From positions 625,615 through 689,614 of the forward strand of contig MKVM01000001.1 of the NCBI GenBank assembly GCA_001898835.1: 64,000 nt of DNA. Reading direction: 5' to 3'. The notes below the pieces were generated by a model, which had not been told where the DNA came from, made no database searches, and worked only from the letters and a program-made list of their open reading frames with translations. The position numbers and the translations under genes are program-made. Shown here piece after piece: positions 8,401 to 16,128 of the stretch. The first letter of the stretch is position 1; each line of letters starts with the position of its first letter. The stretch comes from Micrococcales bacterium 72-143. Its GTDB lineage: Bacteria; Actinomycetota; Actinomycetes; Actinomycetales; Microbacteriaceae.

Positions 8401-8988
8401 CGACGCCCAATCGCCCGACACCAGACCCGCGAACGTGGCGTACGAGAGAGTCAGCTCGACCCCGGAGTCCGGCACCGGATCCGCGGAGGCATCGGTGACG
8501 TCCAGCAGAACCCCGGTGATGCCCGCGGCGTCGGTCTCCTCGTCGCCGGCGACCCGGAGCAACACAGCCGCCGGCGTGGCGGCCGCCCCGTCCGGGGCGA
8601 CCGTGACCTCCATCCCGCCCAGGTCGACCGTAACCGGATCGGGGGTCGGGGTCCCGGTGCTCGACTGCCCGGCACCGAGTGAGGCAGGGCGCGCCCCCTC
8701 CTCGGTCAGAACGACCAGCTGCTCATCCTCGTCGGGAAGCGAGGCCCCGATTTCCGGGATCGCACCGGCCGCGCCCGGCGCCGCCCAGGAGCCCGTGAGC
8801 GGAACCGCGGCCGCCGCCTCTGTCGAGCCGAGCGCCGCAATCGCGTCGCTGAATCCCTCGGCCCGCGTCTGAAGGCCGGAGGCGCTCGCCGCGACGGCGG
8901 CGGGATCGATGGTGAGGGTCAGCGTGAGCGCGGCGGCGGTGAGGGCGGCGGTGCCGGCGCGGAGTCGGATGCGGAGGTTCCGGTTCAT
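2482..8988 (-). CDS. Rhs/YD-repeat polymorphic toxin, 2168 aa, with Sec-type signal peptide and C-terminal cargo domain
   Basis: Many YD repeats are present (YEYDVAGRL, TYDYDWGGRL, YTYDVLGR, YDALGRLLTV, YAYDALGNRT, FAYDDAGNR). The core end reads GARYYEPASGVFLSVDP...NAYQYGWNNPVTCSDPSGQ. Start is set at MNRNLRIRLRAGTAALTAAALTLTLTIDPAAVAASA (aa 141 of the track ORF), where ATG 8988-8986 overlaps the upstream stop (ATGA). Confidence 0.95.
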   Translation of the reverse strand: MNRNLRIRLRAGTAALTAAALTLTLTIDPAAVAASASGLQTRAEGFSDAIAALGSTEAAAAVPLTGSWAAPGAAGAIPEIGASLPDEDEQLVVLTEEGARPASLGAGQSSTGTPTPDPVTVDLGGMEVTVAPDGAAATPAAVLLRVAGDEETDAAGITGVLLDVTDASADPVPDSGVELTLSYATFAGLVSGDWASRLRFVWIPECAGGGPCTPLPLDTVNDPATQTVTAVVPVAPSADGARPASLRTSQAPGRLASGSGGGGSLAVTADSSGSEGDWGATSLSQSSTWGSAGSTGAFTWSLPIGVPTAPAGPAPELTISYSSGSIDGRTPSTNNQSGTIGEGFALTEGYVERSYTPCSRDEEGAANNIGRVTGDLCWGAENATLMLNGTAVELVRDAPTGQWHPKNEDGSVIERVTGSSWNAGQADEYWKLTTSDGTRYYFGRGKTSANGPALNSAWTVPVYGNHPGEPCYHATFSDSACTQVWRWNLDYVVDVSGNSMSYFYDAETNRYIYDVTGNTAGASVAYVSGGHVDRIEYGTRVGSENVANAPAKVVFDYGPRCITNLTAPNSFCSNGQSSTSENHWLDTPTDLVCTSSVPGECGSYTPVFFDLTRLRAVSTFAYDGAAYAPVDAWVFGQTFEGEGAGVDLAYASNVTLVLRSVTHTGKGGTASTSDDITGSPFLFTYDFLENRIATDALVLPLLRPRMIGIRTDSGAQVSVNYATDCGPGDVPGISEPAQAANARLCFPVKWYPGGTSSALTEYFHKWVVQSIVESGAAPVAEESEELITGSVAKVTAFGYGDGAAWAKPTGAMVKPDEVTYSDFRGVKTVTTTIGIGADATSMRSTYYRGTGGTLTAGPSGSTVSALDREEYQGQVFVSTTLNGVTPVSDTVTTFGVPVVTGTSAAGVKSTRLPSQTTDGFGYDAAGALTHHTRQTRSFDANSQVSSVDDRGDLTTSADNTCTTMTYAAASNGTLAAKHLVALVSETQVISVACGTSPALPGDLISDTTSSYDDFGRVERTDRLDPADGVGSILVSRVLSYDDRGRPLEVSDPFGNVTTTAYQEAAGGLTQTVTTTGPDPDGWGPLSGFQTVTHLNPLTGLVTSTVDTNGLVTSGSYDALGRLLTVRRPQHQSTPLPSVAYEYRVDPNGLNSVVTRTLAANGSSQLVSVTLYDGLLRVFQTQTSGRDAGAGHDASAADRGRMVTHTYYDSAGRVARQAGRWWAEGAPTATPIVPIPVPPSLTTYDYDAAGRVVAEIFWVGTDSNPANERWRTVTAYDGDTTLVIPPLGKAPQGSTVDALGRVVARTEYLRDPDLDAAADTPVEVLALPHQATNYEYDVAGRLVKMRDSANHIWTYDYDWGGRLVASDDPDGGTTTTSYDEADRVVTRTNGNGDTLAYTYDVLGRTTTLRDDTVNGTIRAQWQYDQSLDENDDPVLGQLSSTTRFVDGAAYTTSVDRYDAAYRTLATTLTLPNLPEYADALAALSFTTKYSYTADGQLASVMLPAIVSHSGTKALGAEAVTTRFDAASVPSWMGGGFGWGTYVAESRVGADGRVSGLDLGNTYGAYVTFQYETGTERLANISLTRQNHGLGLSLNYGYDQAGNVTSIFDQASPLATGQDNQCFGYDGLSRLTVAWSSTVGNCGVAQSALTTADVGGTSPYWTEYAYDALGNRTQMLEHAVGGGSDTTTSYTHGGSGFGPHQLASSVKTTGGSSTATSFAYDDAGNRASSTTGGATTDYQWDAEGKLVGVDGAEYVYDVSGGRTVRADASGTTVYLPGGQELVISSAGVVSATRYYTFSGQLVAVRTSRGLGGVASLVVDHQGSVVAAVPNTDWGVGSARVVRTDPFGGARDGSDAGVPGDKGFLGLTRDESTSLSLLGARYYEPASGVFLSVDPVLDPAIPAQLNAYQYGWNNPVTCSDPSGQKPLDGYDGSSKGLGKGKSGPQPPPKAQFDPFKTLIRGIVQLVVQNPPYVQFTQHPGDGVGWFNFWGFDRAADGAYHSNKYGWQQYVGYNDTYDVAFDLGTSMEPHKFEFEYNDKSYVLWAWKGDYLNLGTGAELGLYSQDNPLSEKGFFWQADPDVALPMSMTLDYRGATIGSYSPAEKQWWCTTFVPAVQDPALNDIHATFTVDFSGDTGMFEAFQNEWHDSSYWNFDTKNHTATLRYRRKKKVRR

Positions 8989-11960
8989 TGCCCGGCTCCT
9001 GACGTCGGGTCGAGGGCGAGGTTGCCTTGTGCGAAGTCGGTGGCTTCGGCACCCTGGCACAGGCGGCGGATCTTGGACTCGGCGACGACGGAGCCGGAGA
9101 ACACGCGCACGTTGTCGATCGAGCCCGCCCAGAATCCGTTGCCGCTGCCGCCCTGCAGCGCGCGACCGACGGTGAACGCTCCGGACGCGGGCCACGGGGT
9201 GGCGGTACGTGCAGCTTGGGTGCGCACCGGCTCCCCGACAGCGGGATCCTCCGGTGTGCCGATCTCGCACACCCAGAGCCGCATCGTGTGGGCGGTCGCG
9301 TCGTGTTCGCCGACCAGGTGCACCCATTCGCCTGTGGTCACGGGGAGTGCCGAGGTGACCATGGTGTTCGGGCCGGACGGCGCGTCGGGCATCGCGAAGC
9401 TCCAGCATCCGCCGGTCATTGCGGGGCAGCTGGCCGTGTAGCCGAGGCGGAAGCCGGACTGCGTCACACCATCTTGGGCGAGGGCCGTCGCATCCGCGCC
9501 GAGGGCTGCCGGGTCCAGCAGCACGTGGGCGGAGATCGTGAACGACTTCGTGGTGTCCACGACGGGGCCGGAGGTCTGAGCCCAGTCGTTCACGCCGTCC
9601 AATACGAGCGCGTGGTCACCGCCGCGGGAGTCGAACAGGCTGTGCGGGCCCTCCCCCCAGGAGGCGCCGTTGACCGTCAGCGGTCTCGCCGGGTTGCCGG
9701 CGCCATCGGCTGCCGTCGTACCGGTGCCCTCGTCGAACATCCAGATGCCGTCCTCGGTCGCCGTCGCGACCGTGAACAGGTAGCTGGTGGGGGACGACAC
9801 GTTGCCTGCGGCGTCCTTGGTGGTGACGGTGAGGGTGACCGGGCCCGACACGGACGGCGTGTAGGAGATCGTCGCCGTCCCTGCGGTCGCGCTGACCGTG
9901 GTCGGGTTCGCGCTGTTGTTGAAGCCATAGGCGAAGGAGACGGCGTCGCTCGCGGTGCCGGCGGAGAGCACGAAACCTCCCTGCTGCCCGACGCCACCGC
10001 GTTCCTTGCCCTGCTCGTAGCGCGCGGCGCCGACGTCGCTTGCGGCCACGGTCGGGGGTGGCGGTGCCGTGACGTCGACCACGAACTCGCACCATCCCGA
10101 CCATGCCCCGTACAGCGACCCGTCCCAGCTGCGGGCGCGCCACGCGTACGCGGTCCCATCGCTCAGCGTGGCTCCGACCAATGCTGTCGCGGTCGCGCCG
10201 CTCGCGACCGCGGGAAGGCCGGTGCCGCTGCTCCACACCGGTGCGGTGAGGCTGGACACCGGCGCCACCTCGAACGAAGGCGTGACGTTCGTGCCGTCCG
10301 GGTCGGACACCACCGCCTGAAGGGTCGGCTTCGCGGATGCGATCGCGGGCCGGGATGCGCCGGTCACGCAGCCCGCGATGCTCGGCACCGCGAGCCGCAG
10401 GCTCGTCGGAGCGGCGGGAGGCCGGTTGTAGGTGGCCTGCACGGTCGCGTCGTGACGGAATCGCTTCCATCCGTTCATGTTCGACTCGTCGACGAGGAGC
10501 GCCACATACAGGTTGGATTGGTCGGCATCCGCCATCCACTTGAAGCCCGCGGTCGCATCGAACGACTTCCATCCGTCGGTGCCGCAGCTCGCCTTGCTCG
10601 ACTCGGTGCGCGACCCCAGCGCCTGCTGTGCCGAAATACCCGACCACGTCGTCCCGCTCGAGAACGCCGCCACCCGATACAAGGTCGTCGTCTGCGCGGT
10701 GCAGTTGTAGGAATGCACCCCGTTGACCACGAACTGGGCGCTCACGATGTCCGCGCCCGCCATCGCGGCGATCTGCGTCAACCCGCTGAACTGCCACGCC
10801 AGCCGTTGCTTGAACGAGGTGTTGCACGACGCCACCTGGTTGCAGTTGCCCGTGCCCTGCCCCGGCATCGACGCGGAGATGTCTCCCCAGTTCACCAGAG
10901 TGTTCGAATACCCGCCCGTGCGGACCGCTATCCGCAGCGCCGGACCCCACCCGCTGAAACTCGGGTCCAGATACACCGGCCACACCGTCCCCGGATCCTC
11001 CAGCATCCCTGCATCCGGCGAAACGATGAGCGCATCCCCGTCGACACGCAGGCCCATCTGCGCCACCCGGTCCCCATCGACCGGCGCGCGGGTGCGGTCA
11101 CCCGCGCCCACCTCCGTGACCGTCTGCGGCAACGACACCGACGCCCCGGCCGAGTCCCACATCATCGGCAGCGCCACCGCGAACTGCGGCTCCCCCTGCG
11201 CATCCACGACACGCACCGCACCGTCGGCATCCGCCTCGAGACGCAAACCGGTCGACAGACGCGTCGCGAACTCCAGATCGAGCCCGGACTCGCCGCTCGC
11301 CGCGCCCACCGCAGCCAATCGTTCCGCAAGGCGCTCCGCTGCGCCCGCATCGGCGAGCTCGACCACCGGGAGAAACCCCGTGCCGTCCGCATCCACCGAC
11401 ACCAGCAAACGGATGCCGTCGCCCAGGTCGTAGCTCAGCTGCGAACCGGCCACGGCGGGCTCGGGCAACTCCAGCGGGAAGCCGACGCCCAGGCTGTGGC
11501 CGTCCTTCTCGATGGTGCCCAGCGGCTGCTCCCGCCCGGCCGCACCGCCCGCATTCAACGTCATCGGGAACGCCGACGCCGCGACCCGCAGCACGCCCGA
11601 CGAGCGATCGGCGACCAGAGAGGTGTCAGGCGCCACCCACGCTCCTCCGACCTCGACTCGCGCCGGCACGGCCGACAGCTGCAACCGCGCCGTCCCATCC
11701 GCCGCCGCCCACGACGTACGCCACGGCGTGCGCTCCGACAGCACCTCCACGTCCACGCCACAGGCTCGGGCGATCGGTGACGCGGCCTCGAACGACGCCG
11801 CCTCCGCCACCGAGCAATCCACCCCGCCACGGCCCACGCCCGTGAGCTGCACCACGGCGACCGCTCCCCCGGACACCACCAGGGCCAGCGCGACGAACAC
11901 CGCGACCATTCGGCGCAAACGTGACGCGAGCAATCCTCGCATCCGCGCGCTCACAGGCAT
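8985..11960 (-). CDS. Membrane-anchored large beta-rich protein with C-terminal LamG/concanavalin-like domain
   Basis: N-terminal RLRRMVAVFVALALVVSGGAVAVVQL is a TM anchor. The C-terminus FTISAHVLLDP...GEWVHLVGEHDATAHTMRLWV...GSIDNVRVFSG is typical of the LamG jelly roll. The start is uncertain (ATG 11960 or 11942; the track ORF starts at 12077). The stop overlaps the rhs ATG. Confidence 0.85.
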   Translation of the reverse strand: MPVSARMRGLLASRLRRMVAVFVALALVVSGGAVAVVQLTGVGRGGVDCSVAEAASFEAASPIARACGVDVEVLSERTPWRTSWAAADGTARLQLSAVPARVEVGGAWVAPDTSLVADRSSGVLRVAASAFPMTLNAGGAAGREQPLGTIEKDGHSLGVGFPLELPEPAVAGSQLSYDLGDGIRLLVSVDADGTGFLPVVELADAGAAERLAERLAAVGAASGESGLDLEFATRLSTGLRLEADADGAVRVVDAQGEPQFAVALPMMWDSAGASVSLPQTVTEVGAGDRTRAPVDGDRVAQMGLRVDGDALIVSPDAGMLEDPGTVWPVYLDPSFSGWGPALRIAVRTGGYSNTLVNWGDISASMPGQGTGNCNQVASCNTSFKQRLAWQFSGLTQIAAMAGADIVSAQFVVNGVHSYNCTAQTTTLYRVAAFSSGTTWSGISAQQALGSRTESSKASCGTDGWKSFDATAGFKWMADADQSNLYVALLVDESNMNGWKRFRHDATVQATYNRPPAAPTSLRLAVPSIAGCVTGASRPAIASAKPTLQAVVSDPDGTNVTPSFEVAPVSSLTAPVWSSGTGLPAVASGATATALVGATLSDGTAYAWRARSWDGSLYGAWSGWCEFVVDVTAPPPPTVAASDVGAARYEQGKERGGVGQQGGFVLSAGTASDAVSFAYGFNNSANPTTVSATAGTATISYTPSVSGPVTLTVTTKDAAGNVSSPTSYLFTVATATEDGIWMFDEGTGTTAADGAGNPARPLTVNGASWGEGPHSLFDSRGGDHALVLDGVNDWAQTSGPVVDTTKSFTISAHVLLDPAALGADATALAQDGVTQSGFRLGYTASCPAMTGGCWSFAMPDAPSGPNTMVTSALPVTTGEWVHLVGEHDATAHTMRLWVCEIGTPEDPAVGEPVRTQAARTATPWPASGAFTVGRALQGGSGNGFWAGSIDNVRVFSGSVVAESKIRRLCQGAEATDFAQGNLALDPTSGAGQ

Positions 11961-12146
11961 CCCCACACGGGCTCCCCCCACCAGCGACACCAAGCTGAGT
12001 ATGAATCCGCGCCGCACGCTACACGCCCGCGAGGCGCCAGCACAAGACATTGGTGAACCTTTCTCGCGCGCCCGCAAAAGACCGCCCCGCGGCTCGCTCC
12101 GCGATCACCTCGCCCCACCCGAAGGCCGGAGGCTAGCGTTGACCCG

Positions 12147-12695
12147 ATGACGAGCGACACCACCCTCCCCGCACCCTCCGCCCACGCGCGGCGGGAGACG
12201 CATCCGGCGGTCTCGATCCTCGTGCTGCTCGGCTCCGTGCTGCTCGCGACCGGGATCGGGGTGGTCGGCTCGTTCGCGACCGTGGCGCACGTCGACGGCT
12301 GGTACGCGGATGCCGAGAAGGCCGCCTGGACGCCGCCCGACATCGTCTTCGGTCCGGTCTGGACCGCGCTCTACCTCATGATGGCGGTCGCCGCGTGGCT
12401 CGTCTGGCGCCGCCGCCACGAGACGCCCGTCACCTCGGCGCTCGTCGCCTACCTCGTTCAGCTGCTGCTCAACGCCGCGTGGACACCCGTGTTCTTCGCC
12501 CTCTACCCCAGCTGGGGCGTCGCCGCGCTGTGGGCGGCTTTCGGCATCATCGTGGCGCTCATCGCGGCCGTCATCTTCACCATCCTGAGGTTCTGGCCGA
12601 TCCACCGCGGCGCGGCGATCCTGCTCATGCCCTACCTCGCGTGGATCGTCTTCGCCTCGAGCCTCAACGTCACGATCGCGGCCTACGCGAGCTGA
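12147..12695 (+). CDS. tspO: TspO/MBR family tryptophan-rich sensory protein
   Basis: Five TM helices, with WYADAEKAAWTPPDIVFGPVWTALY and LNAAWTPVFFAL signatures. Confidence 0.9.
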   Translation: MTSDTTLPAPSAHARRETHPAVSILVLLGSVLLATGIGVVGSFATVAHVDGWYADAEKAAWTPPDIVFGPVWTALYLMMAVAAWLVWRRRHETPVTSALVAYLVQLLLNAAWTPVFFALYPSWGVAALWAAFGIIVALIAAVIFTILRFWPIHRGAAILLMPYLAWIVFASSLNVTIAAYAS

Positions 12696-12784
12696 GCCGC
12701 GTCGAGGGCGATGTACGTCGTCTCGAGGTACTCCTCGAAGCGCACCGACCTATCGAGGGAAATCGACGGAAGATAGCTCGTCAT
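12683..12784 (-). pseudogene. Short ORF (33 aa), probably the 3' remnant of a truncated gene
   Basis: MTSYLPSISLDRSVRFEEYLETTYIALDAAQLA*. The last 21 codons have 20/21 G/C at the third position, which matches the native coding signature. The first 12 codons lie in low-GC sequence. It overlaps the tspO 3' end by 13 nt and is below the ORF-track size cut-off. Confidence 0.35.
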
Positions 12785-12878
12785 CGCGACAACCGTGTCG
12801 GTATCCGGATCGTGACCCGTGTCGGACTGCGGCCGTAGCGTGTCTCACGACGCACCGACGCACGGAGAGAGGCCAGAG

Positions 12879-13781
12879 ATGTCAGAGCAGAGCGCGCCGC
12901 AAGCGAAGACGATCCGAGAAGAGGTCAACGCGTTGTTCGGGGTCCGCTGGGACACGCTCATGGAGTGGGTCGTCATCTCGTGGCTGAGCCTGTGGTTCTG
13001 GTCGTCATTTCGGATCGAGCGAAACCTCCTCGTCTGGGACGGCGATGGTCCGCTAACCGGCACCGAAAGCTTCCTGCGTTCCGTCGACATCGCACCCCCC
13101 ACATGGGTGAGCCAGGCTGTCGACTGGATCCTCGACCCCTCGCGCGGTTGGTTGTCGGCAGCTCTCGTCGTGCTCGCGGTCGTATCGTGCGTAACCGCGG
13201 TGCGCAGCTACCGCCTTTCGGGTCTGCGCACGCTGGCCCTGCTGTCCGTCGCGGTCGTATGCGAGATCGCCGGCAGCCTGTGGCCCGTGGTATGGGTACT
13301 CAGCCTGGCGGCGATCCCCGCCGCGATCGCATGGGGTATCTCGTTCGTCAACGATGTTCGCAAGAAGAGCGGGTACGACGAGTACACCTACTACTACGGC
13401 AACGCGATCCTGAGCAACTATTTCGCTCGGATCGTGCTTCTGTTCTTCGCCCCCGTGCTCGCACCGGCGCTCCTCGCGGGTCAGTTGGTGGTCAGCTTCC
13501 GAACTGAGCTGCCGCGCGATGCGGCAGCGGAAATCAGCAGGGAGGTGAGGCACACGCTCGAGGCCCGGGGATTCCAGCGGATCGACGAACTGGATGCGCT
13601 CACCGTGATGGCCGCGTCCGCCGCAATTCAGCTCGCGGGGAACGACTCTCGGGAGGCTCGCGAGATCCTGGGCGGGTACCAATTCGAGTTGGTGCAGCGG
13701 CGCGAAGCAGAAGCGCTTCACGCCAGATCGCGGAAACAGTGGGATACGTTGATGGGACTCGAACCCCGCCCCGGAGCGTGA
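12879..13781 (+). CDS. Hypothetical multi-pass membrane protein (orphan, low GC)
   Basis: In track ORF 12819..13781, ATG 12879 is preceded by ggagagagg. Several hydrophobic helices are present (WVVISWLSLWFW, ALVVLAVVSCV, LALLSVAVVCEIAGSLWPVVWVLSLAAIPAAIAWGI, IVLLFFAPVLAPALLAG). Hand-counted lines give 52-62% GC. Confidence 0.6.
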   Translation: MSEQSAPQAKTIREEVNALFGVRWDTLMEWVVISWLSLWFWSSFRIERNLLVWDGDGPLTGTESFLRSVDIAPPTWVSQAVDWILDPSRGWLSAALVVLAVVSCVTAVRSYRLSGLRTLALLSVAVVCEIAGSLWPVVWVLSLAAIPAAIAWGISFVNDVRKKSGYDEYTYYYGNAILSNYFARIVLLFFAPVLAPALLAGQLVVSFRTELPRDAAAEISREVRHTLEARGFQRIDELDALTVMAASAAIQLAGNDSREAREILGGYQFELVQRREAEALHARSRKQWDTLMGLEPRPGA

Positions 13782-13834
13782 CGGCAGCCGGTGAGGACGC
13801 AGGCAACCCCGGACCTCCCCCCGGGGAAAACCGC

Positions 13835-14794
13835 TTAGTCGACCGGGAACAGCGCGTCGATCACCGCGACCTCCTCGGGGGTCGGGCGCCAGCCGGAGCC
13901 CGCGCGCGCGTTCTCCGCGACCTGCTCCGGGCGGGTCGCGCCCGCGATGACGCTGGACAGCTCGGGGCGCGACAGCAGCCAGCCGAGGGTGGCCTCGAGG
14001 ATGCCGATCCCCCGCTCCGCGGCGAACGCCTCGTAGGCCTCGATCGCATCCCACGGCGCGTTCTCCGCGATGTGCGGGCGCTGACGGGCGATCCGGCTGT
14101 CGGCGGGCCGGTCGGTGCGGCTGAACTTGCCGGTGAAGAGCCCGTTCGCGAGCGGGAAGAAGGGCAGGAAGCCGAGGCCGCGCTCGCGGACGGCGGGCAG
14201 GACGTCCGCCTCGGCCCCGCGGGCCAGCAGGCTGTACTCGTTCTGCGCCGACACGAAGCGCGCGACGCCGAGCGCGGTCGCGGCGTCGTCGACCGCCCGG
14301 ATGGCGGCGCCGTCCAGGTTGGAGTGCCCGATCGCGCGAACCTTGCCCTCGCGGACGAGCTCGTCGAGCGCGCCGAGGGTCTCCTCGATCGGGGTCGCCG
14401 GGTCGGGGGTGTGCAGCTGGTAGAGGTCGATGCGGTCGGTCTGCAGCCGTTGCAGCGAGCCCTCCACCGCGGCGCGGATGTAGTCGCGCCCGCCGCGCGG
14501 ACCCACGTCGGCGAGCGGCGAGGGGTAGTCCTGGTGCCCGAACTTGCTCGCGACCACGGCCTCGTCCCGGCGGCCGCGGAGGGCCTCGCCGAGCAGGGTC
14601 TCGCTCAGGCCATAGCTCGCGCCGTAGATGTCGGCGGTGTCGAAGAACGTCACCCCGGCGTCGAGGGCGGCATGCACGACCGCCGTCGCACCGTCCTGCG
14701 TCTGGGTGCGCGTGCCGGGCCTGCCGAGGTTGTTGCAGCCGAGGCCGACGACGGACACGAGGAGCTCGGAGGGGCCGAGCGCGCGGGTCTGCAT
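13835..14794 (-). CDS. Aldo/keto reductase
   Basis: LGCNNLG...GVTFFDTADIYG...RAIGHSN are typical AKR motifs. 319 aa. Confidence 0.9.
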   Translation of the reverse strand: MQTRALGPSELLVSVVGLGCNNLGRPGTRTQTQDGATAVVHAALDAGVTFFDTADIYGASYGLSETLLGEALRGRRDEAVVASKFGHQDYPSPLADVGPRGGRDYIRAAVEGSLQRLQTDRIDLYQLHTPDPATPIEETLGALDELVREGKVRAIGHSNLDGAAIRAVDDAATALGVARFVSAQNEYSLLARGAEADVLPAVRERGLGFLPFFPLANGLFTGKFSRTDRPADSRIARQRPHIAENAPWDAIEAYEAFAAERGIGILEATLGWLLSRPELSSVIAGATRPEQVAENARAGSGWRPTPEEVAVIDALFPVD

Positions 14795-14902
14795 GCCCCG
14801 AGACTACGCGTCCGCTCCTTCACAACCCGGACTGTGACGACCCGTCCACGCGATGTCCGATTCCCGCCGGTGGACGTCGGACGCCGGGGTTACGCTCGTG
14901 CC

Positions 14903-15499
14903 ATGACCAGCCCCGACGTCTCATCCGTCTCCCCCTCCGGGCACAGCGAGCCCGTCGCGCTCCGCCGACTCGACAGCCCGATCGGGCGCATCGAGGTCGT
15001 CGGCGACGGCACCGCCGTCATCTCCCTCTCCATCGAGCGCGACGGCCTCCTCCCCCACGACGGGCTCGACGAGCGTCCGGATGCGGTGACCGGGCTCGCG
15101 GTCGCCCAGCTGGTGGAGTACTTCGCCGGCCATCGTCACGACTTCGACGTGCCCGTCGCCCTCGCGGGCACCGCCTTCCAGCTCGCCGTCTGGGAGCGGC
15201 TCGTCGAGCTGCAGTGGGGCGAGGTCATCTCCTACGGCGAGCTGGGCCAGACCACCGGACGCCCGACCGCGGGGCGTGCCGTCGGAGGGGCCGTCGGCGC
15301 CAACCCCGTGCCGATCATCGTGCCGTGCCACCGCGTGCTCGGCGCGAGCGGGGTCATCACCGGCTACTCGGGCGGCGAGGGCATCCCCACGAAGTCCTGG
15401 CTGCTCGAGCACGAGGGCATCCCGTACAAGCTGCCCGCCGGGCATCGGCCCGAGACATCGCCGACCCTCGACATCCCGGATGAGGAGTCGGCCGCGTGA
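14903..15499 (+). CDS. ogt: Methylated-DNA--protein-cysteine methyltransferase
   Basis: Internal ATG in track ORF 13739..15499. PCHRV active site (IIVPCHRVLGASG). 198 aa. Confidence 0.9.
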   Translation: MTSPDVSSVSPSGHSEPVALRRLDSPIGRIEVVGDGTAVISLSIERDGLLPHDGLDERPDAVTGLAVAQLVEYFAGHRHDFDVPVALAGTAFQLAVWERLVELQWGEVISYGELGQTTGRPTAGRAVGGAVGANPVPIIVPCHRVLGASGVITGYSGGEGIPTKSWLLEHEGIPYKLPAGHRPETSPTLDIPDEESAA

Positions 15500-16077
15500 G
15501 GCTCGACCTCGTCGTCGCCGACGACAGACGTGCGCGATGCGGCTGGGTCGGCGATGACGCGGAATACCGGCGCTACCACGACGAGGAGTGGGGACATCCG
15601 CTCCACGGCGACCGCGCGCTGTTCGAGAAGCTCTCGCTCGAGGGCTTCCAGGCGGGGCTCTCCTGGATCACGATCCTGCGCAGACGACCCACCTTCCGGG
15701 TCGCCTTCCGCGATTTCGACATCGACACCGTCGCCGGATTCGACGACGACGACATCGAGCGGCTCATGGCGGATCCGGGCATCATCCGCAACCGCGCCAA
15801 GGTCGAGGCGACGATCTCGAACGCGCGCATCACCCGCGAGCTCGTCGCGCACGACCCCGGGGCGCTCGACCGGCTCGTCTGGTCGTTCGCCCCGCAGCCC
15901 CGGCCACGTCCGTCGGCGCTCGCCGACGTTCCCGCGGTGACGCCCGAGGCGACCGCGCTCAGCGCGGCGCTCAAGAAGCACGGCTACCGCTTCGTCGGCC
16001 CCACCACGATGTACGCCCTCATGCAGTCCGCGGGCCTCGTCGACGACCACGTCGAGGGGTGCTGGCGGACCCTGTGA
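15496..16077 (+). CDS. tag: DNA-3-methyladenine glycosylase I
   Basis: YHDEEWGHP...LEGFQAGLSWITIL. The GTG start overlaps the ogt stop (GTGA). Confidence 0.9.
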   Translation: MRLDLVVADDRRARCGWVGDDAEYRRYHDEEWGHPLHGDRALFEKLSLEGFQAGLSWITILRRRPTFRVAFRDFDIDTVAGFDDDDIERLMADPGIIRNRAKVEATISNARITRELVAHDPGALDRLVWSFAPQPRPRPSALADVPAVTPEATALSAALKKHGYRFVGPTTMYALMQSAGLVDDHVEGCWRTL

Positions 16078-16128
16078 CCGCGGTGGTCCCGAGACGCGCG
16101 GCCCACGGGCGGCGCGCCTCGAGCTCGC

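Noticed and set aside
3535-8682. 1715-aa plus-strand ORF antisense to the rhs gene
   Set aside because: It is the mirror frame of a well-supported gene. The product is Arg/Gly/Ala/Val/His-rich low-complexity sequence without motifs. Long stop-free antisense frames are expected at ~70% GC.
8989-9408. In-frame 140-aa N-terminal extension of the rhs ORF
   Set aside because: It overlaps the 3' end of the LamG gene and is Arg-rich. It is followed by a textbook signal peptide at Met141, whose ATG forms an ATGA overlap with the upstream stop.
9027-11780. 917-aa plus-strand ORF antisense to the LamG gene, plus other overlapping ORFs at 9616..10983 and 9677..10159
   Set aside because: Same artefact: Arg/Gly/Pro-rich junk, with no RBS or start context. 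The minus-strand LamG frame has clear domain signatures.
2482-11960. T6SS or T7SS (PAAR, VgrG, WXG/LXG, EssC) association of the Rhs protein
   Set aside because: No such motifs appear in the Rhs N-terminus and no such genes lie within the visible flanks. A Sec signal peptide is present instead.
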